Of a DNA stretch of 64,000 nucleotides, positions 51,292 through 64,000 are shown piece by piece. Position 1 is the first letter of the stretch; each line of letters starts with the position of its first letter. The translations under genes and the position numbers were made by a program. The notes beneath the pieces were generated by a model, which worked only from the letters and a program-made list of their open reading frames with translations, was not told the DNA's origin and did not search any database. The stretch comes from Vulcanimicrobiota bacterium (GTDB taxonomy: Bacteria; Vulcanimicrobiota; Vulcanimicrobiia; Vulcanimicrobiales; Vulcanimicrobiaceae), in NCBI GenBank assembly GCA_963795855.1, contig CAWCIZ010000001.1:544001-608000 (forward strand), written 5' to 3'.

Positions 51292-52557
51292 ATGGCGCAG
51301 ATCGCGCGTTCGTGGGCGCGCGTCGCCCCGGATTCCGATTTTCCGCTCGAGAACTTGCCTTACGGCGTCTTTGCATCGACGCGGGGCGAGCCGCACATCG
51401 GCGTTGCGATCGGCGAGTCCATTTTCGATCTTCACGATGCGGCCGACGCGGGACTGTTCGACGGCATTCTCTCGCGCGCCGTACTGCAGGCGCCCGCGCT
51501 GAATCTGCTGTTCGCCGCCGGACGTGCCGTCTGGACGCAGTTGCGCGAACGCTCGCAGTCGCTGCTGCTCGAAGGAACCGATGCGTTCAAAGGGATCGAT
51601 CGCGAGCGTTTGCTGACGCGGCGCGAAGGCGCACGGATGCTGCTGCCGCTCGCCGTCGGCGATTACGTCGACTTTTACTCTTCGCTCGAGCACGCGACGA
51701 ATCTCGGGAAGATCTTTCGGCCCGACGCCGAGCCGCTGATGCCGAATTGGCGCTGGATGCCGATCGGTTATCACGGCCGTTCCAGCACGATCGTCGTAGA
51801 CGGCACGCCTATCGTGCGTCCAAACGGCCAGCGCAAAGCGCCTGACGCGGCGGAGCCGGGCTTCGGCCCCTCGCGTCTGCTCGATATCGAATTGGAGATA
51901 GGGTTCGTCACGGGACCCGGTAATCGCATGGGCCGGCCGATCCCGATCGAAGCGGCGCGCGATCACATCTTCGGCCTCGTGCTCGTGAACGACTGGAGCG
52001 CGCGCGACATTCAAGCCTGGGAATATCAACCGCTTGGGCCGTTTCTCGGCAAGTCGTTCGCGACGTCGATCTCGCCCTGGGTCGTTACGCTCGATGCGCT
52101 CGAACCCTATCGCGTCGAAGGCCCCAAGCAAGAGCCGCGGCCGCTGCCCTATTTGCGCACCGTCGAGCCGTGGAACTACGACGTGACGCTGCTCGTCGAA
52201 TTGCAGACGCAGAAGATGCGTGAAAACGGCACGCCGCCGGAAGTCGTCTCGCGTTCCAATTTCCGGTATATGTACTGGAACATGGCGCAGCAGCTCGCCC
52301 ACGCTTCGGTGAACGGCACCGCGATTCGTCCCGGCGATTTGTACGCGTCCGGAACCATTTCGGGAACGTCGCCGGATAGTTACGGCAGTTTCATCGAACT
52401 CTCGTGGCGCGGCGCCAAGCCGCTGCACTTGCGATCGGGCGAAGAGCGGTCGTTCTTGGAGGACGGCGACACCGTGACGCTGCGCGGCGTTTGCGCAGCC
52501 GCCGGTAAACCGCGAATCGGCTTCGGCAGCGTGGGCGGAACGATCGTCTCTGGGTAA
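51292..52557 (+). CDS. fahA: Fumarylacetoacetase
   Basis: DYVDFYSSLEHA, YHGRSS, DIELE, NDWSARDIQ, GKSF, SGTISG. Confidence 0.97.
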   Translation: MAQIARSWARVAPDSDFPLENLPYGVFASTRGEPHIGVAIGESIFDLHDAADAGLFDGILSRAVLQAPALNLLFAAGRAVWTQLRERSQSLLLEGTDAFKGIDRERLLTRREGARMLLPLAVGDYVDFYSSLEHATNLGKIFRPDAEPLMPNWRWMPIGYHGRSSTIVVDGTPIVRPNGQRKAPDAAEPGFGPSRLLDIELEIGFVTGPGNRMGRPIPIEAARDHIFGLVLVNDWSARDIQAWEYQPLGPFLGKSFATSISPWVVTLDALEPYRVEGPKQEPRPLPYLRTVEPWNYDVTLLVELQTQKMRENGTPPEVVSRSNFRYMYWNMAQQLAHASVNGTAIRPGDLYASGTISGTSPDSYGSFIELSWRGAKPLHLRSGEERSFLEDGDTVTLRGVCAAAGKPRIGFGSVGGTIVSG

Positions 52558-52566
52558 GAGGAGCGC

Positions 52567-52794
52567 GTGCGCTTCGGACTTCTTGCTTTGATTTTTTTGC
52601 TGCTGCTCACGCTCGGCAATGCGTGGCTAATGAAAAGCGAGCGCGCCGCGGTCAGTTCGCGTGATTACGCGCCCGTGCAGATCACGCAGCCGCACGCGAG
52701 AAAATACGAGTGGGACGCGTTCATTTGGCGCGAGATCGGCGCGCTCATATTTACCGTCGTGGTTTTCGGCGCAATTGCTTCGCGATCACGTTGA
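52567..52794 (+). CDS. Small membrane protein
   Basis: GAGGAG RBS; two hydrophobic segments. Confidence 0.55.
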   Translation: MRFGLLALIFLLLLTLGNAWLMKSERAAVSSRDYAPVQITQPHARKYEWDAFIWREIGALIFTVVVFGAIASRSR

Positions 52795-53955
52795 GAGCGA
52801 CGGCGCCTCGACCCACGAACGGAAGTATGCTTCATCCTCGATACGCAGCGCCTGCTCGGCCAGCTGCAGCGGCTTGAATGTGTCGACCATGACGGCGATT
52901 TCATCGGTCGACTTTTTGCCTAAACTGGCCTCGACGGCACCCGGCTGCGGGCCGTGCGGCGCCCCCGCGGCATGGAGTGTGATCGAGCCCTCTTCGACGC
53001 CGCGCCGGCTCATGAAATTGCCGCTGACGTAGTACAGCACCTCATCGCAATCCACGCTCGAATGATTGTACGGCACCGGAATCGCGAGCGGATGATAGTC
53101 GAAAAGCCGCGGCACGAACGCGCAGAACGCAGCGCCGGGAGCTTCGAAGGTCGCGTGGGCCGGCGGCGGCTGATGCAGTTTGCCGGTGATCGGCGCGAAT
53201 TCTTCGAGATTGAACGCGTACGGATAGCAATAGCCGTCCCAGCCGACGGTGTCGCACGGATGGTTCTGCACGACGTACAGCGCGTGCCGGCCGTTGTTCG
53301 TCACGCGGATTTCGTACTCTCCGACCTCTTCGATCGGCTCCCCGAGCAGCGGCACGCGGAAATCCCGTTCGTAGTACGGCGCGTGCTCCTCCAATTGCCC
53401 GAATTCGTTGCGGTATTTTCTGGGAATGCGCACCATGCCGGCGCTTTCATGCACCAGCATGCGCGTCGGCGAGGCCGGCACGACGCGGTACGTCGTTCCC
53501 GTCGGAATCAGGACGTAGTCGTGCGCGCGATATGCGAGGTCGCCGAAAGGCGTCTGCAGCGTGCCCTCGCCGCGATGTATGAACAGCAGTTCGTCGCCGC
53601 CGACGTTGCGGTAGAACGTTTCCATCGGCTGCACGGCATCGGCAATCGAAATGAGCAAGTCGGCGTTGCCGAGCAGCGGCGTGCGCGATTCGATCGCGTC
53701 GCCGCCCATACGAAGCCCCGCCGTTTTGAAGTGACGGTTGCGCAGCGGCTCGTTCGCGTGCAACTGCACCGCAGGCCGGTTCCACGGCCGAACGTCCAGG
53801 GTTGCCGTCGGCGGCCGAAGATGATACAGGAGCGAGTACACGCTTTCGAAGCCTTTGGTCGAGAACAGCTCCTCCGCGTAGAGACCGCCGTCGGGACGGC
53901 GGAACTGGATATGCCGTTTCGGCGGAAGGCGGCCGGCGCGAACGTAGGACGGCAT
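52786..53955 (-). CDS. hmgA: Homogentisate 1,2-dioxygenase
   Basis: PPKRH, VGWDG, HQPPPAH, PYNH, DEVLYY, HGP, AVMVDT. Confidence 0.92.
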   Translation of the reverse strand: MPSYVRAGRLPPKRHIQFRRPDGGLYAEELFSTKGFESVYSLLYHLRPPTATLDVRPWNRPAVQLHANEPLRNRHFKTAGLRMGGDAIESRTPLLGNADLLISIADAVQPMETFYRNVGGDELLFIHRGEGTLQTPFGDLAYRAHDYVLIPTGTTYRVVPASPTRMLVHESAGMVRIPRKYRNEFGQLEEHAPYYERDFRVPLLGEPIEEVGEYEIRVTNNGRHALYVVQNHPCDTVGWDGYCYPYAFNLEEFAPITGKLHQPPPAHATFEAPGAAFCAFVPRLFDYHPLAIPVPYNHSSVDCDEVLYYVSGNFMSRRGVEEGSITLHAAGAPHGPQPGAVEASLGKKSTDEIAVMVDTFKPLQLAEQALRIEDEAYFRSWVEAPSLST

Positions 53956-53958
53956 CGA

Positions 53959-54177
53959 TTACTCCTGTGTGTTCGGTAGTGCGCGTTCCGCGGCTGCGAA
54001 GCCGTTGTTTCTATGGCTCCCGTCGCAAAACGGTTTGGTTTGGGAGCCGCCGCACCTGCAGAGCGCGATGTTTGCGCCCTCGATCGTGTACGGCTGTCCA
54101 TCGCAATCGGTGAGCGTGACCGTGCCGGTGATCAAATACGGCCCGCTCTCGCGAACTTTTATTCTTACTTCGTTCAT
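53959..54177 (-). CDS. CDGSH iron-sulfur domain protein
   Basis: LCRCGGSQTKPFCDGSH. Confidence 0.92.
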   Translation of the reverse strand: MNEVRIKVRESGPYLITGTVTLTDCDGQPYTIEGANIALCRCGGSQTKPFCDGSHRNNGFAAAERALPNTQE

Positions 54178-54184
54178 GTGCTCT

Positions 54185-54658
54185 TCAGCGGCCATACACA
54201 CCGACGACTTCGGTACGCGCGAGCGTATGACGCGCTATCGCCGATTCCAACTGCGGCCCGGTCAAATGCTCGCCCGGGACGTTCGCGTCGAGCGCGTACA
54301 GCGTGAAATGATAGTGATGCGGCTTTCCGGCGGGCGGGCATGGACCGCCGTATCCGACTTCGTCGAAGGACGTCGTGCCGAGTTCGTTTATCGGTATCGA
54401 CGCGTGCGCCGCAAGCCTGCGCGTGCGGGCAGGCAAATTATAGACGACCCAGTGATACCAGCCGCCGGGCGCGGGCGCATCCGGATCGTGCGCGACGAGC
54501 GCGAAACTGCGCGTCGCTTTCGGCGCGCCTTGCCAGTGGAGTTCCGGCGAGACGTTGGATCCGCCGCATCGCGCGTACACCGTAGTGAGCGGCATCGTCC
54601 CGTTCGCTTCGAACGTGCTCGAAGCGATCGTAAATGCGAGTACCGCCGCAGCAATCAT
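54185..54658 (-). CDS. YbhB/YbcL (PEBP) family protein
   Basis: DPDAP, HWV, GPCPP, HHYHF. Confidence 0.92.
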   Translation of the reverse strand: MIAAAVLAFTIASSTFEANGTMPLTTVYARCGGSNVSPELHWQGAPKATRSFALVAHDPDAPAPGGWYHWVVYNLPARTRRLAAHASIPINELGTTSFDEVGYGGPCPPAGKPHHYHFTLYALDANVPGEHLTGPQLESAIARHTLARTEVVGVYGR

Positions 54659-56728
54659 GGTTGCGAGCCTCCGCCGGGCGCCGGAGTCGACGCGTTCTGG
54701 AACTCTCGATAGAAGGCGTCCGGGTTCATTGGCCGGCCCAAGAAACGTTCGACTTCAACATCGGGATCGTACGTTCGAGCCGGTTCCAAGATGTCTTCAC
54801 GGTAGCGCATACCCACCGCCGGATTCTCCAAACCGCCTTGCTGGAACGCGGTGAAAAGGTCTTGCGCGTAAACCTTCGACCATAAATAGCCGTAGTAGCC
54901 TGCGTCGTATCCGCCCATCAGATGGCCGAACGAGCCCTGCGGATGAATCCCGCTTACCGGCGGCAGCGGCATCAGCCGGCTCTCCATCTGATCCCAGACT
55001 GCCGTCGTGTCGACGTGCGGTCCGCTCGAGTGATACGTCATGTCGACTTCCGCGTAGAAGATTTGCCCCGTGTAGTCGTACGCATCGTCGACGTAGCGCG
55101 AACGCACCAGCGCATCGATCAGGTTGTCCGGCAGCGGCGCGCCCGTTTTCCAATTCGAACTGATTTGCTTGAGAATCGACGGCTGCCACACGAAGTTCTC
55201 GAGCATTTGCGAGGGCGCCTCGACGAAATCGGTGACGAAACCGTTGGAAAGCGTCTCGTACGGCGCCGTCGCGAGCAGCGCCGCCATGTTGTGGCCGAAC
55301 TCGTGGAAAAACGTCACGACGTCGTCGTGGCTGAGCAGCGCGGGCCGTCCGGCCGCCGGCCTTGGCCAGTTGCCGATGATCGCCGCTATCGGCGGACGGT
55401 AGGTGCCGTCCGGATTCATCCGCACCGGCAGAATCGGAAAGTTTGCGAAATGGCCGTACTTCCCGGCGCGCGGAAAAAGATCGAAATACGTCGAGCCGAT
55501 GAGGCGACCGGTTTTCGAATCGCTGACCGTGTACTCGACGACGTCGGGATTCCACGCGTCCGCCGGCGCGACTTGTTTGAAATCGACTCCGAGCAGCGTG
55601 TGATACACGTTCAAGACGGCGTCGACCGTATGCTGTACCGGAAAATACTGCCGGATCTGGTTTTGATCGACGGCGTACTGCGTCTTACGGAGTTGGTTGT
55701 CGTAGTACGAGAAGTCCCAGCGCTGCAATACCGCGTTCGGATCGCCCGTTTCTTTCACTTTGAGCGCGCGCAGCCGGTCGATCTCCGCTTTCGAGGCTGG
55801 AAGCAGCCGGGCGTCGAGCGAGTTCAGGAACGTCATCACGCGCTCCGGCGATTGCGCCATGCGGTCGGAGAGTCTGAAACGCCGCCCAGTTTTGATACCC
55901 GAGCAAGTGCGCCAAACGATCGCGTACGGAAATCGCCGATTCCAGCAACTGCGTGTTGGCGGTGCCTTGACGATTGTTATAAGCGAAGTAATACGCGCGG
56001 CGTGCCGCTTCGTCGCGTTCGTTGTTATAGAACGCCGAGACCGTGCTTTCGTTGACCGGCACGACGTAGCCGGCGGCACTCTTTTTCAGTCCCGCGACGA
56101 AATCCGCAGGAAGCGACTCAGCCTGCGCGGCCGTGATTGTGATGGTCGTGTCGTCGTTTGCAAGATTCTGCTGGAATTTGTTCTGCAGGTTCGTCAGTTG
56201 GTTGCTGAGCCGCACGAACTCCATGCGCCGCGCTTGCGGAAGAGCCGCACCGCTGCGTTTGAACCCATCCAGCCAAAGGTCGGTCATTTTGCGCTGGTAG
56301 ACGTTGCGGGCGGTTCCGCTGCGCTTCGCGCGAGCCAGTGCGGCATAGATTTGCGGGCTCGCTTCTAAATTCGTGAAGAAAGCGGATTCGTCGTTGTTGC
56401 AGTTGAGCGAGGCGTCGCGAACGTCTTTCGACGTCGAGACTTCGAAGAGAAAGGTTTGCGCAACGGTCGAGTCGTTCAGATCGGCCGTAAGGTTTTCGAG
56501 CGGCAGCACTGCGTTTGCAAAGGTCTTCCCGCCGCGCTCGGCGAGCAGCCGTTTGACGGCAGACTGCGCGCGTGCGATTGCTGCAGCGCAGGACGAATTT
56601 ATCTGGGCGGGCGTTAAATTCCAATCAACCGCCGTCGGAGCGGTGGGCGCCGTCGCAGCGGTTGCGGCAATTGGCTGGGCAGCAAGGGCAGTAAACGCAC
56701 CGAGCGTGAGGGCGGCGAAGCGGTTCAT
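54655..56728 (-). CDS. Secreted M3 family metallopeptidase (thimet oligopeptidase-like), frameshift near 55873
   Basis: Signal peptide; FHEFGH, DFVEAPSQ, GYYGYLW. Confidence 0.9.
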
Positions 56729-56822
56729 GGCGGCTTAACGTTAGGTAGCGCGACGCCCGTTCCCCGTGCCGTCAAAAGCCTGTTGCGGCGAGCGGGAGGC
56801 GTGCTATGATGCTTCGAGCCAT

Positions 56823-56930
56823 GACGGGGGCCGGGCTGCCCGCGGCGTGAACCTGCAAACCCCGCCAGGTCCGGAAGGAAGCAACGGTACGTGGGCACTC
56901 ACGGGTGCCGGGCACCACCTGGTTTCCGTC
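56823..56930 (+). ncRNA. ffs: Small SRP RNA (4.5S)
   Basis: CCGCCAGGTCCGGAAGGAAGCAACGG domain IV; ends GACGG.../...CCGTC pair; extended -10 TGcTATGAT upstream. Confidence 0.92.
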
Positions 56931-57090
56931 GTGGTCTCTAACGCCTCTTCATTAGAAGAGGGTCCAGTTGCGCTTGGCCGACGAGCAGAAAGGGCGGAGT
57001 CGCGTTTACGCGAACCTGAGGGCGCTGCCACGCCGTCACGTTCGACCTCACGTCCGTTGCGCGGGCCCGAGTCCAACCGTCAAGTAGCTG

Positions 57091-57975
57091 ATGATCAAAC
57101 TCAAAGACCGGTATTTCATCAAAATCGTGCCTCAGCGCGGCGATGTCGTTCATCGCTTCGAATTGACGCGCCGCCACATCGTGATCGCGGCTTGCGTGCT
57201 CGGTGTTTTCGTTTTGGGCTCATTGACCGCCGGAGTCGTTCAGGTCTGGCGTGCGCACGCACAGGTCGCCGCGTTGCGCTCGCTCGCCACCCATCAGCAA
57301 GCGCAGCTTCAAGACATGAATCAAAAGGCGGCGTTGATTCGCTCGCAGCTGCTGCACGTGCAGCATCAGAACCAGGAGATTCAGCAGCTCATCGGCGTGG
57401 CACCGAAAACGCAGAAGATGAGCGAGGTGCGGCACAACCTCGATGCGCTGGCCGCGGAGACGGCACAGACTGCCGCAGAATCCAACCGCTTGCGCCGGTT
57501 GACGATGCACGTGCTCAACGTGCGCCATTTACAGGAATTGACGCGTGCAAAAATGCTTGCCGCGATCCCTTCGATCGATCCGGTCGACGGAGCGGAGGTC
57601 ATCGGCTGCTTCTGCTACCGGTCCGCTCCCGACAACGAATTTCACGAAGGCGTCGATTTGGGTGCCGATTATGGCGACGTCGTACGCGCAGCCGCCGCCG
57701 GAACCGTCGCGGCCGCCGATTGGGACGGCGGATACGGGCAGAAGATCGACATCGATCACGGCAACGGTTATCACACGTGGTACGCGCATCTCTCGAAGAT
57801 CGAAGTGCAGGCCGGCCAGTTCGTGCACAAGGGTGAAGAGATCGGACTCGTGGGTTCCACCGGTTTTTCGACCGGGCCGCATCTGCACTATCAGGTCATG
57901 CTCAACGGCGTGGCTATCGATCCGGCTCCGTATCTCGACGGCGTACCGGCAAAAGTATTGGCCAGCCTTCCATAG
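57091..57975 (+). CDS. M23 family metallopeptidase
   Basis: TM segment, coiled coil, HEGVD, YAHL, STGPHLHY. Confidence 0.92.
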   Translation: MIKLKDRYFIKIVPQRGDVVHRFELTRRHIVIAACVLGVFVLGSLTAGVVQVWRAHAQVAALRSLATHQQAQLQDMNQKAALIRSQLLHVQHQNQEIQQLIGVAPKTQKMSEVRHNLDALAAETAQTAAESNRLRRLTMHVLNVRHLQELTRAKMLAAIPSIDPVDGAEVIGCFCYRSAPDNEFHEGVDLGADYGDVVRAAAAGTVAAADWDGGYGQKIDIDHGNGYHTWYAHLSKIEVQAGQFVHKGEEIGLVGSTGFSTGPHLHYQVMLNGVAIDPAPYLDGVPAKVLASLP

Positions 57976-57990
57976 AACCCGGGGGCGGAT

Positions 57991-58272
57991 ATGAGTCTCG
58001 CCCTGTGCCAAGCCCTTTCCGCGCTCGATAAGGTCATCTGGCTGTACACGATCATCATGTTCGTGTACGCGGTGCTGTCCTGGGTCCCCGACTGGCGCGG
58101 AAGCTGGAGCCGGTACCTGGACATGCTCGTCGAGCCGGTGCTTGCGCCGATACGGCGCGTCGTGCCGCCGGCCGGCGGCATCGATTGGTCCTTCATGATC
58201 GTGCTCGTGATTCTGTGGGTCATCCGCGCGGAACTCATCGCGCCTGCCATTTCGCGCTGCTTCCTGTTTTAA
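57991..58272 (+). CDS. yggT: YggT family protein
   Basis: LSWV...[12 protein letters not shown]...GIDWS. Confidence 0.9.
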   Translation: MSLALCQALSALDKVIWLYTIIMFVYAVLSWVPDWRGSWSRYLDMLVEPVLAPIRRVVPPAGGIDWSFMIVLVILWVIRAELIAPAISRCFLF

Positions 58273-58276
58273 AATC

Positions 58277-60107
<1,831 letters not shown>

Positions 60108-60117
60108 CGGACGGTTC

Positions 60118-60729
60118 GTGCGCCTGAAAACCTACGTAGCCACGAAAAACGCCGGCAAGCTCCAGGAGATGAACGGCATCTTCGCCGGAAGCGAGTTGGA
60201 CCTGGACACGTACCCGCTTTACGCGCAGGCTCCGGAAGAAGAGCAGAACTACGCCGGCAACGCCGAATCGAAGGCGCGCGCGCTGCACGAGCAGCTGCGT
60301 CAGGCGAGCGTTCACGGCGCGGTGCTGGCAGACGATTCCGGCATCGAAGTCGCCGCGCTCGGCGGCCGCCCGGGCGTCCTGTCGGCGCGTTATGCGGGTG
60401 TGGACGCGACGTGGCCTGCGCGGCGAGAAAAATTGCTCGAAGAACTCGCGGGCGTCCCCGCCGATCGTCGCGCTGCGAAGTTTTGCTGCGCGATGATGCT
60501 GATCTTGGAAAGCGGCGAGCAATTCACCGGATATGGCGAGGTTGAAGGCGTCGTTACAGGCGAGGAACAAGGGCGCTTCGGCTTCGGTTACGATCCCGTG
60601 TTTTTCTATCCGCCCGCGAACCGCACGTTTGCGCAAATGCCGGAGGAAGAGAAGGACCGCGTCAGTCATCGCCGGCGCGCCGCGGAAGCGCTGCTTGCGT
60701 CCTATCGGGAATGGCTGCAGAAGCGCTAA
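60118..60729 (+). CDS. rdgB: Non-canonical purine NTP pyrophosphatase
   Basis: ATKNAGK, DDSG, SARY, FGYDP, SHR. Confidence 0.95.
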   Translation: MRLKTYVATKNAGKLQEMNGIFAGSELDLDTYPLYAQAPEEEQNYAGNAESKARALHEQLRQASVHGAVLADDSGIEVAALGGRPGVLSARYAGVDATWPARREKLLEELAGVPADRRAAKFCCAMMLILESGEQFTGYGEVEGVVTGEEQGRFGFGYDPVFFYPPANRTFAQMPEEEKDRVSHRRRAAEALLASYREWLQKR

Positions 60730-61571
60730 TCGTTGCGGCAAGCGCCGAGGACGTCGAGTACTTTGCGCGCCGCCGGTATCGGGACGAACAGGGACGAAAA
60801 CTCTACGTCGATCTCGCGCGCGTTGCGCCGAACGGCGCGTTTGTGGCAAAGGACGAAGGAACGCCGATCGGCATCGCGGTGCCGCATGCGCTCGACGACG
60901 AGTGGTTCTTGTCCGAGATATTCGTCGAGCCGTCATTTCAGAAGAACGGCATCGGCTGGCAATTGCTGACGGAAGCGGCGAAAGAGGCGGGAGACGTCAC
61001 GCGCAGCGGATTACTCGAGCCGAACGAACTCGGCGGTATCGCATTTTTCTTGCGCCGCGGCGTTGCACTCCAGACGCCGGTCGCGGAGATTTGCGGAACT
61101 ATTCCGCACGAAAACGAGCTCGCGCGCATGGCCGCGGGCGAATACCGCTTTCACACCGAGCCGCTTGACCCCGTTGCGCATCGAGGCGCGCTTGGGCAGT
61201 TGGATCGCGAAGTGCGAGGAAGTGCGCGTCCGCTGGATCACTTGTATTTCTCCGAGCACGCACGCGGCTTCATCTTTGCGCGCGACGAAGAGATTACGGG
61301 ATACGCGTACGTTTGGCCGAGCGGACGGGTGGGGCCGATGGCTGCCGCGTCACAGGCATATTCCGTGCAATTTTTCGCTTTCGCACTTGCTGCGCTGCGT
61401 CAAACGTTCGGCGCATCGTGGTGCACGATGCTCGTGCCGGGGACGAACATTCGCGTAACGCGCGCTGCGATGCGAGCAGGGCTCACGATCGAGGCCGTGC
61501 GTCTCTTCGCAAGCGATGGCGGCGTCCTGGATTTATCTCGCTACGTTGGGTTTCATCAGCTGCTTTTTTAA
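60711..61571 (+). CDS. GNAT family acetyltransferase
   Basis: LSEIFVEPSFQKNGIGWQLL acetyl-CoA motif. Confidence 0.8.
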   Translation: MAAEALIVAASAEDVEYFARRRYRDEQGRKLYVDLARVAPNGAFVAKDEGTPIGIAVPHALDDEWFLSEIFVEPSFQKNGIGWQLLTEAAKEAGDVTRSGLLEPNELGGIAFFLRRGVALQTPVAEICGTIPHENELARMAAGEYRFHTEPLDPVAHRGALGQLDREVRGSARPLDHLYFSEHARGFIFARDEEITGYAYVWPSGRVGPMAAASQAYSVQFFAFALAALRQTFGASWCTMLVPGTNIRVTRAAMRAGLTIEAVRLFASDGGVLDLSRYVGFHQLLF

Positions 61572-61620
61572 ACCGGCGGAGGAAAACCGTGCGCAATTTT
61601 AAATGGTTCAAGAGTAATTT

Positions 61621-61694
61621 CGGGGCGTAGTCGAGCTTGGTAGAGCACCGCGTTTGGGACGCGGCGGTCGCACGTTCAAATCGTGTCGCCCCGA
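61621..61694 (+). tRNA. tRNA-Pro(TGG)
   Basis: CGGGGCG/CGCCCCG acceptor stem, CCGCG-TTTGGGA-CGCGG; D stem mispaired. Confidence 0.88.
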
Positions 61695-61787
61695 TATTTT
61701 TGCGGCCAGGGCCCCTTGCGCAGCTGTGGTATCCTTACCGGGTGCGAGCGCCGGCGGGCCCGGGGCCTCGTCCGGCGGGGCGGCCGA

Positions 61788-61863
<76 letters not shown>

Positions 61864-61872
61864 AATCCGCGT

Positions 61873-61950
61873 GGTGGCTATAGCTCAGCTGGTTAGAGCG
61901 CTTGACTGTGACTCAAGAGGCCGCCGGTTCAAATCCGGTTAGCCACCCCA
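61873..61950 (+). tRNA. tRNA-His(GTG)
   Basis: G-1, CTTGA-CTGTGAC-TCAAG, C73 discriminator, encoded CCA. Confidence 0.95.
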
Positions 61951-62002
61951 ATCCACTGCCGTCAAGGTGACTTCAGCGCCCCGAGGCGAACCTAGCAGGC
62001 AG

Positions 62003-64000
62003 ATGGAGCGGCGTTATGCTGCGCCGTTCTGGCGCGCTTCCCTTGGTTTTGTCATCACGGCGGCGGCGGCGGCACTGCTGCTCTTTACCGTTTGGCGCGT
62101 GATGCGCCTGAACAATGAGGCCGGCAACACGCTCGCCCAGCTGAGGACGCGAGCGAACCGCCATCGCGTACGAAAGTGCGCTTTTCGATTTGCTGACCCG
62201 AAGCGAGCGCTTCCGTTTGCACGTTCAGATCGCGCAGAATCCGCCTTTCGGCCGCGATCTCCGCCGCAGCGTCGACGAGCAGATGGCAGTCGTCGAAAAC
62301 TTTGCCGCCTCTCGCGGAGATTCGTTTACGTCCCCAGCGGATTGGAGCATCATTCGGCGCTTGTGGGACGGGGCACGAAACGACCCGCAGGGCTATAGCG
62401 GCACCGATCTCAACGATTTGACGCGCGCCCTCACCAACCTCGTCTATAAAGTAGAAGACACGTCCGGTTTGGAGTACGAGAGCAATCGTTACGCCCAAGA
62501 TCTTGCCGACGTCGTCTTCTCGAAAACGCCCGGCGCGGTGCACGACGCGATGTACGCGGACTTGATCGCGCAGAACGCACAAGCGCGCCGCACGATCGCA
62601 ATCGCGGATCGCGTACGGCTCGCAAGGCTGCTGAATTTGATGGGCAGCGACTTCGACTTGAGCACGGACGATTGGGATGCGACGCTGCGAAATCTCGGGA
62701 ACGGCCGCTATCGTGCAAACGGTGCGGCGTTTGCGAGTGCCGGAAAACGTCTGGCAGCATCGCTGAACGACGGCGTGCTGATGCGCTCCACCCCGGCCGG
62801 CGACGCGTCCGCTACGCGGCGCATGACCCGCAGTGCGGTTGTGGCGGCCGCGCAATTGAACGCGAATGCCGCCGCGATGCTGGACGCCCAACTGGGGCGG
62901 CGCATCAACTACGAAATTTCGCGCAACCGGTACATCTACTCCATCATACTGCTCGTCGCGGTGCTGATGATCGGAATAATGCTGCTCGCTGCAGACGTGA
63001 CTGCCCGCCGCGATCGTGAAGCGCTGCAGAAGGCGCATCAGGAGTCGCAGCGTCTGAGCGCGGAACTGGCGCGGCAGAAGGCGGAGCGCGCACTGCGCCT
63101 TTCCGAAGCACAATTTCGGGCCGTCTTCGACGGCGCCGCGCTCGGAATCGGCATTTTCGATCGTGCGGGCGCGCTGCTCGATGCCAATGCGGTGTTTCGA
63201 AGCGTCTATGGTGAAAACGCCCCCGGCGTTCTGCGCGGACACGAGGAAGAGTTTGCCGAGTTGATGCGCGGCGAGCGCGATCTCTTCGAGTTCGAGCAGC
63301 ACGTAATGACGCCGGCCGGGCAAGAAGCGTGGACCGATTCAACCGTCTCGCTCGTTAATGACGACGCCGGGCACCCGTATTTCGCGATTTGCATGTTCCG
63401 CGACCTGACGGAACTCAAGCGCAACGAACGGCGAATGCTGCACGACATGACGCACGACGCGCTGACCGGATTGCCGAACCGCTCGCTCTTCGAAACGAAA
63501 GTGCGCGAACAATTCGCTCACAGGAGAGCGTCGCCGGAGTCTTCGTTTGCGGTACTCGTAATCGATCTCGACCGCTTCAAAGACATCAATCAAAGCCTCG
63601 GGCGCGAAGCGGGCGATTTCGTCATCGCGCAAGCGGGACATCGGATTCGTGCGGCAATCGAAGCCGCCGATGCGGTGTCGCATGTGGGGAGCGACGAATT
63701 CGCCGTGCTCGTACGTTCGCTGCCGGACGTGCTGCACGTCGAACTCATTGCCCGCCGCTTGCTCGGCACGCTTGCGAAGCCGTTCTCCATCGGGACGCGA
63801 TCGATTTACGTGTCGGCCAGCATCGGCATCGCCGTCGCATCCGGAAACTATCAGCGCGGCGAAGACGTCATACGCGATGCGGACATCGCGATGCGGTACG
63901 CAAAGGGCCCCGGCGGCCGGTTTGCGGTTTTCGATTCGAACATGCACGCGCGTGCGGAGAAGCGTCTGCAACTAACGACCGACTTGCGTCTCGCGATCGA
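62003..64000 (+). CDS. Membrane sensor-PAS-GGDEF(-EAL?) protein, frameshift near 62158; runs off the window end
   Basis: Two TM segments around a periplasmic domain; PAS; HDALTGLPNR, IDLDRFKDIN, degenerate GSDEF. Confidence 0.85.

Noticed and set aside
56931..57090. c-di-AMP riboswitch before the M23 peptidase, or a large Alu-type SRP RNA
   Set aside because: No ydaO consensus. The SRP stem closes at 56930 and is followed only by a short CCTCTTC/GAAGAGG hairpin.

Overview
GC-rich bacterial chromosomal window. The gene repertoire (TonB-dependent receptor, several family-5 solute-binding proteins, HTH-TPR regulator, PDZ-TM-GAF protein) suggests a soil diderm, possibly Vulcanimicrobiota/Eremiobacterota; this is inference only. 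About 1-21.5 kb is accessory-looking: hydrolases, PadR, Fpg/Nei, stress/redox genes, and an HTH-TPR regulator with a lipoprotein and a TonB-dependent receptor. About 21.6-64 kb is core-like: an intein-containing class II ribonucleotide reductase with tandem NrdR boxes, yqeG-aroE, tRNA-Ser, serA with two histidine phosphatases and a ferritin-like protein, icd, an EgtB-like enzyme, deoC/ALDH, an hppD-fahA-hmgA homogentisate cluster, SRP RNA, lepA, rdgB, tRNA-Pro/Arg/His and three c-di-GMP genes. About a dozen genes, including lepA and nrdJ, carry single-base frameshifts that most likely are long-read assembly errors. Best novelty candidates: (i) an HTH-TPR regulator with a divergent 17-codon hydrophobic peptide ORF, a perfect 18-bp inverted repeat and a GTCAGGT-N4-GTCAGGT motif shared with the receptor promoter; (ii) an uncharacterised enzyme-like gene directly upstream of fahA in a homogentisate cluster that has no maiA. 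All protein family calls come from recognising motifs by eye, not from database searches.
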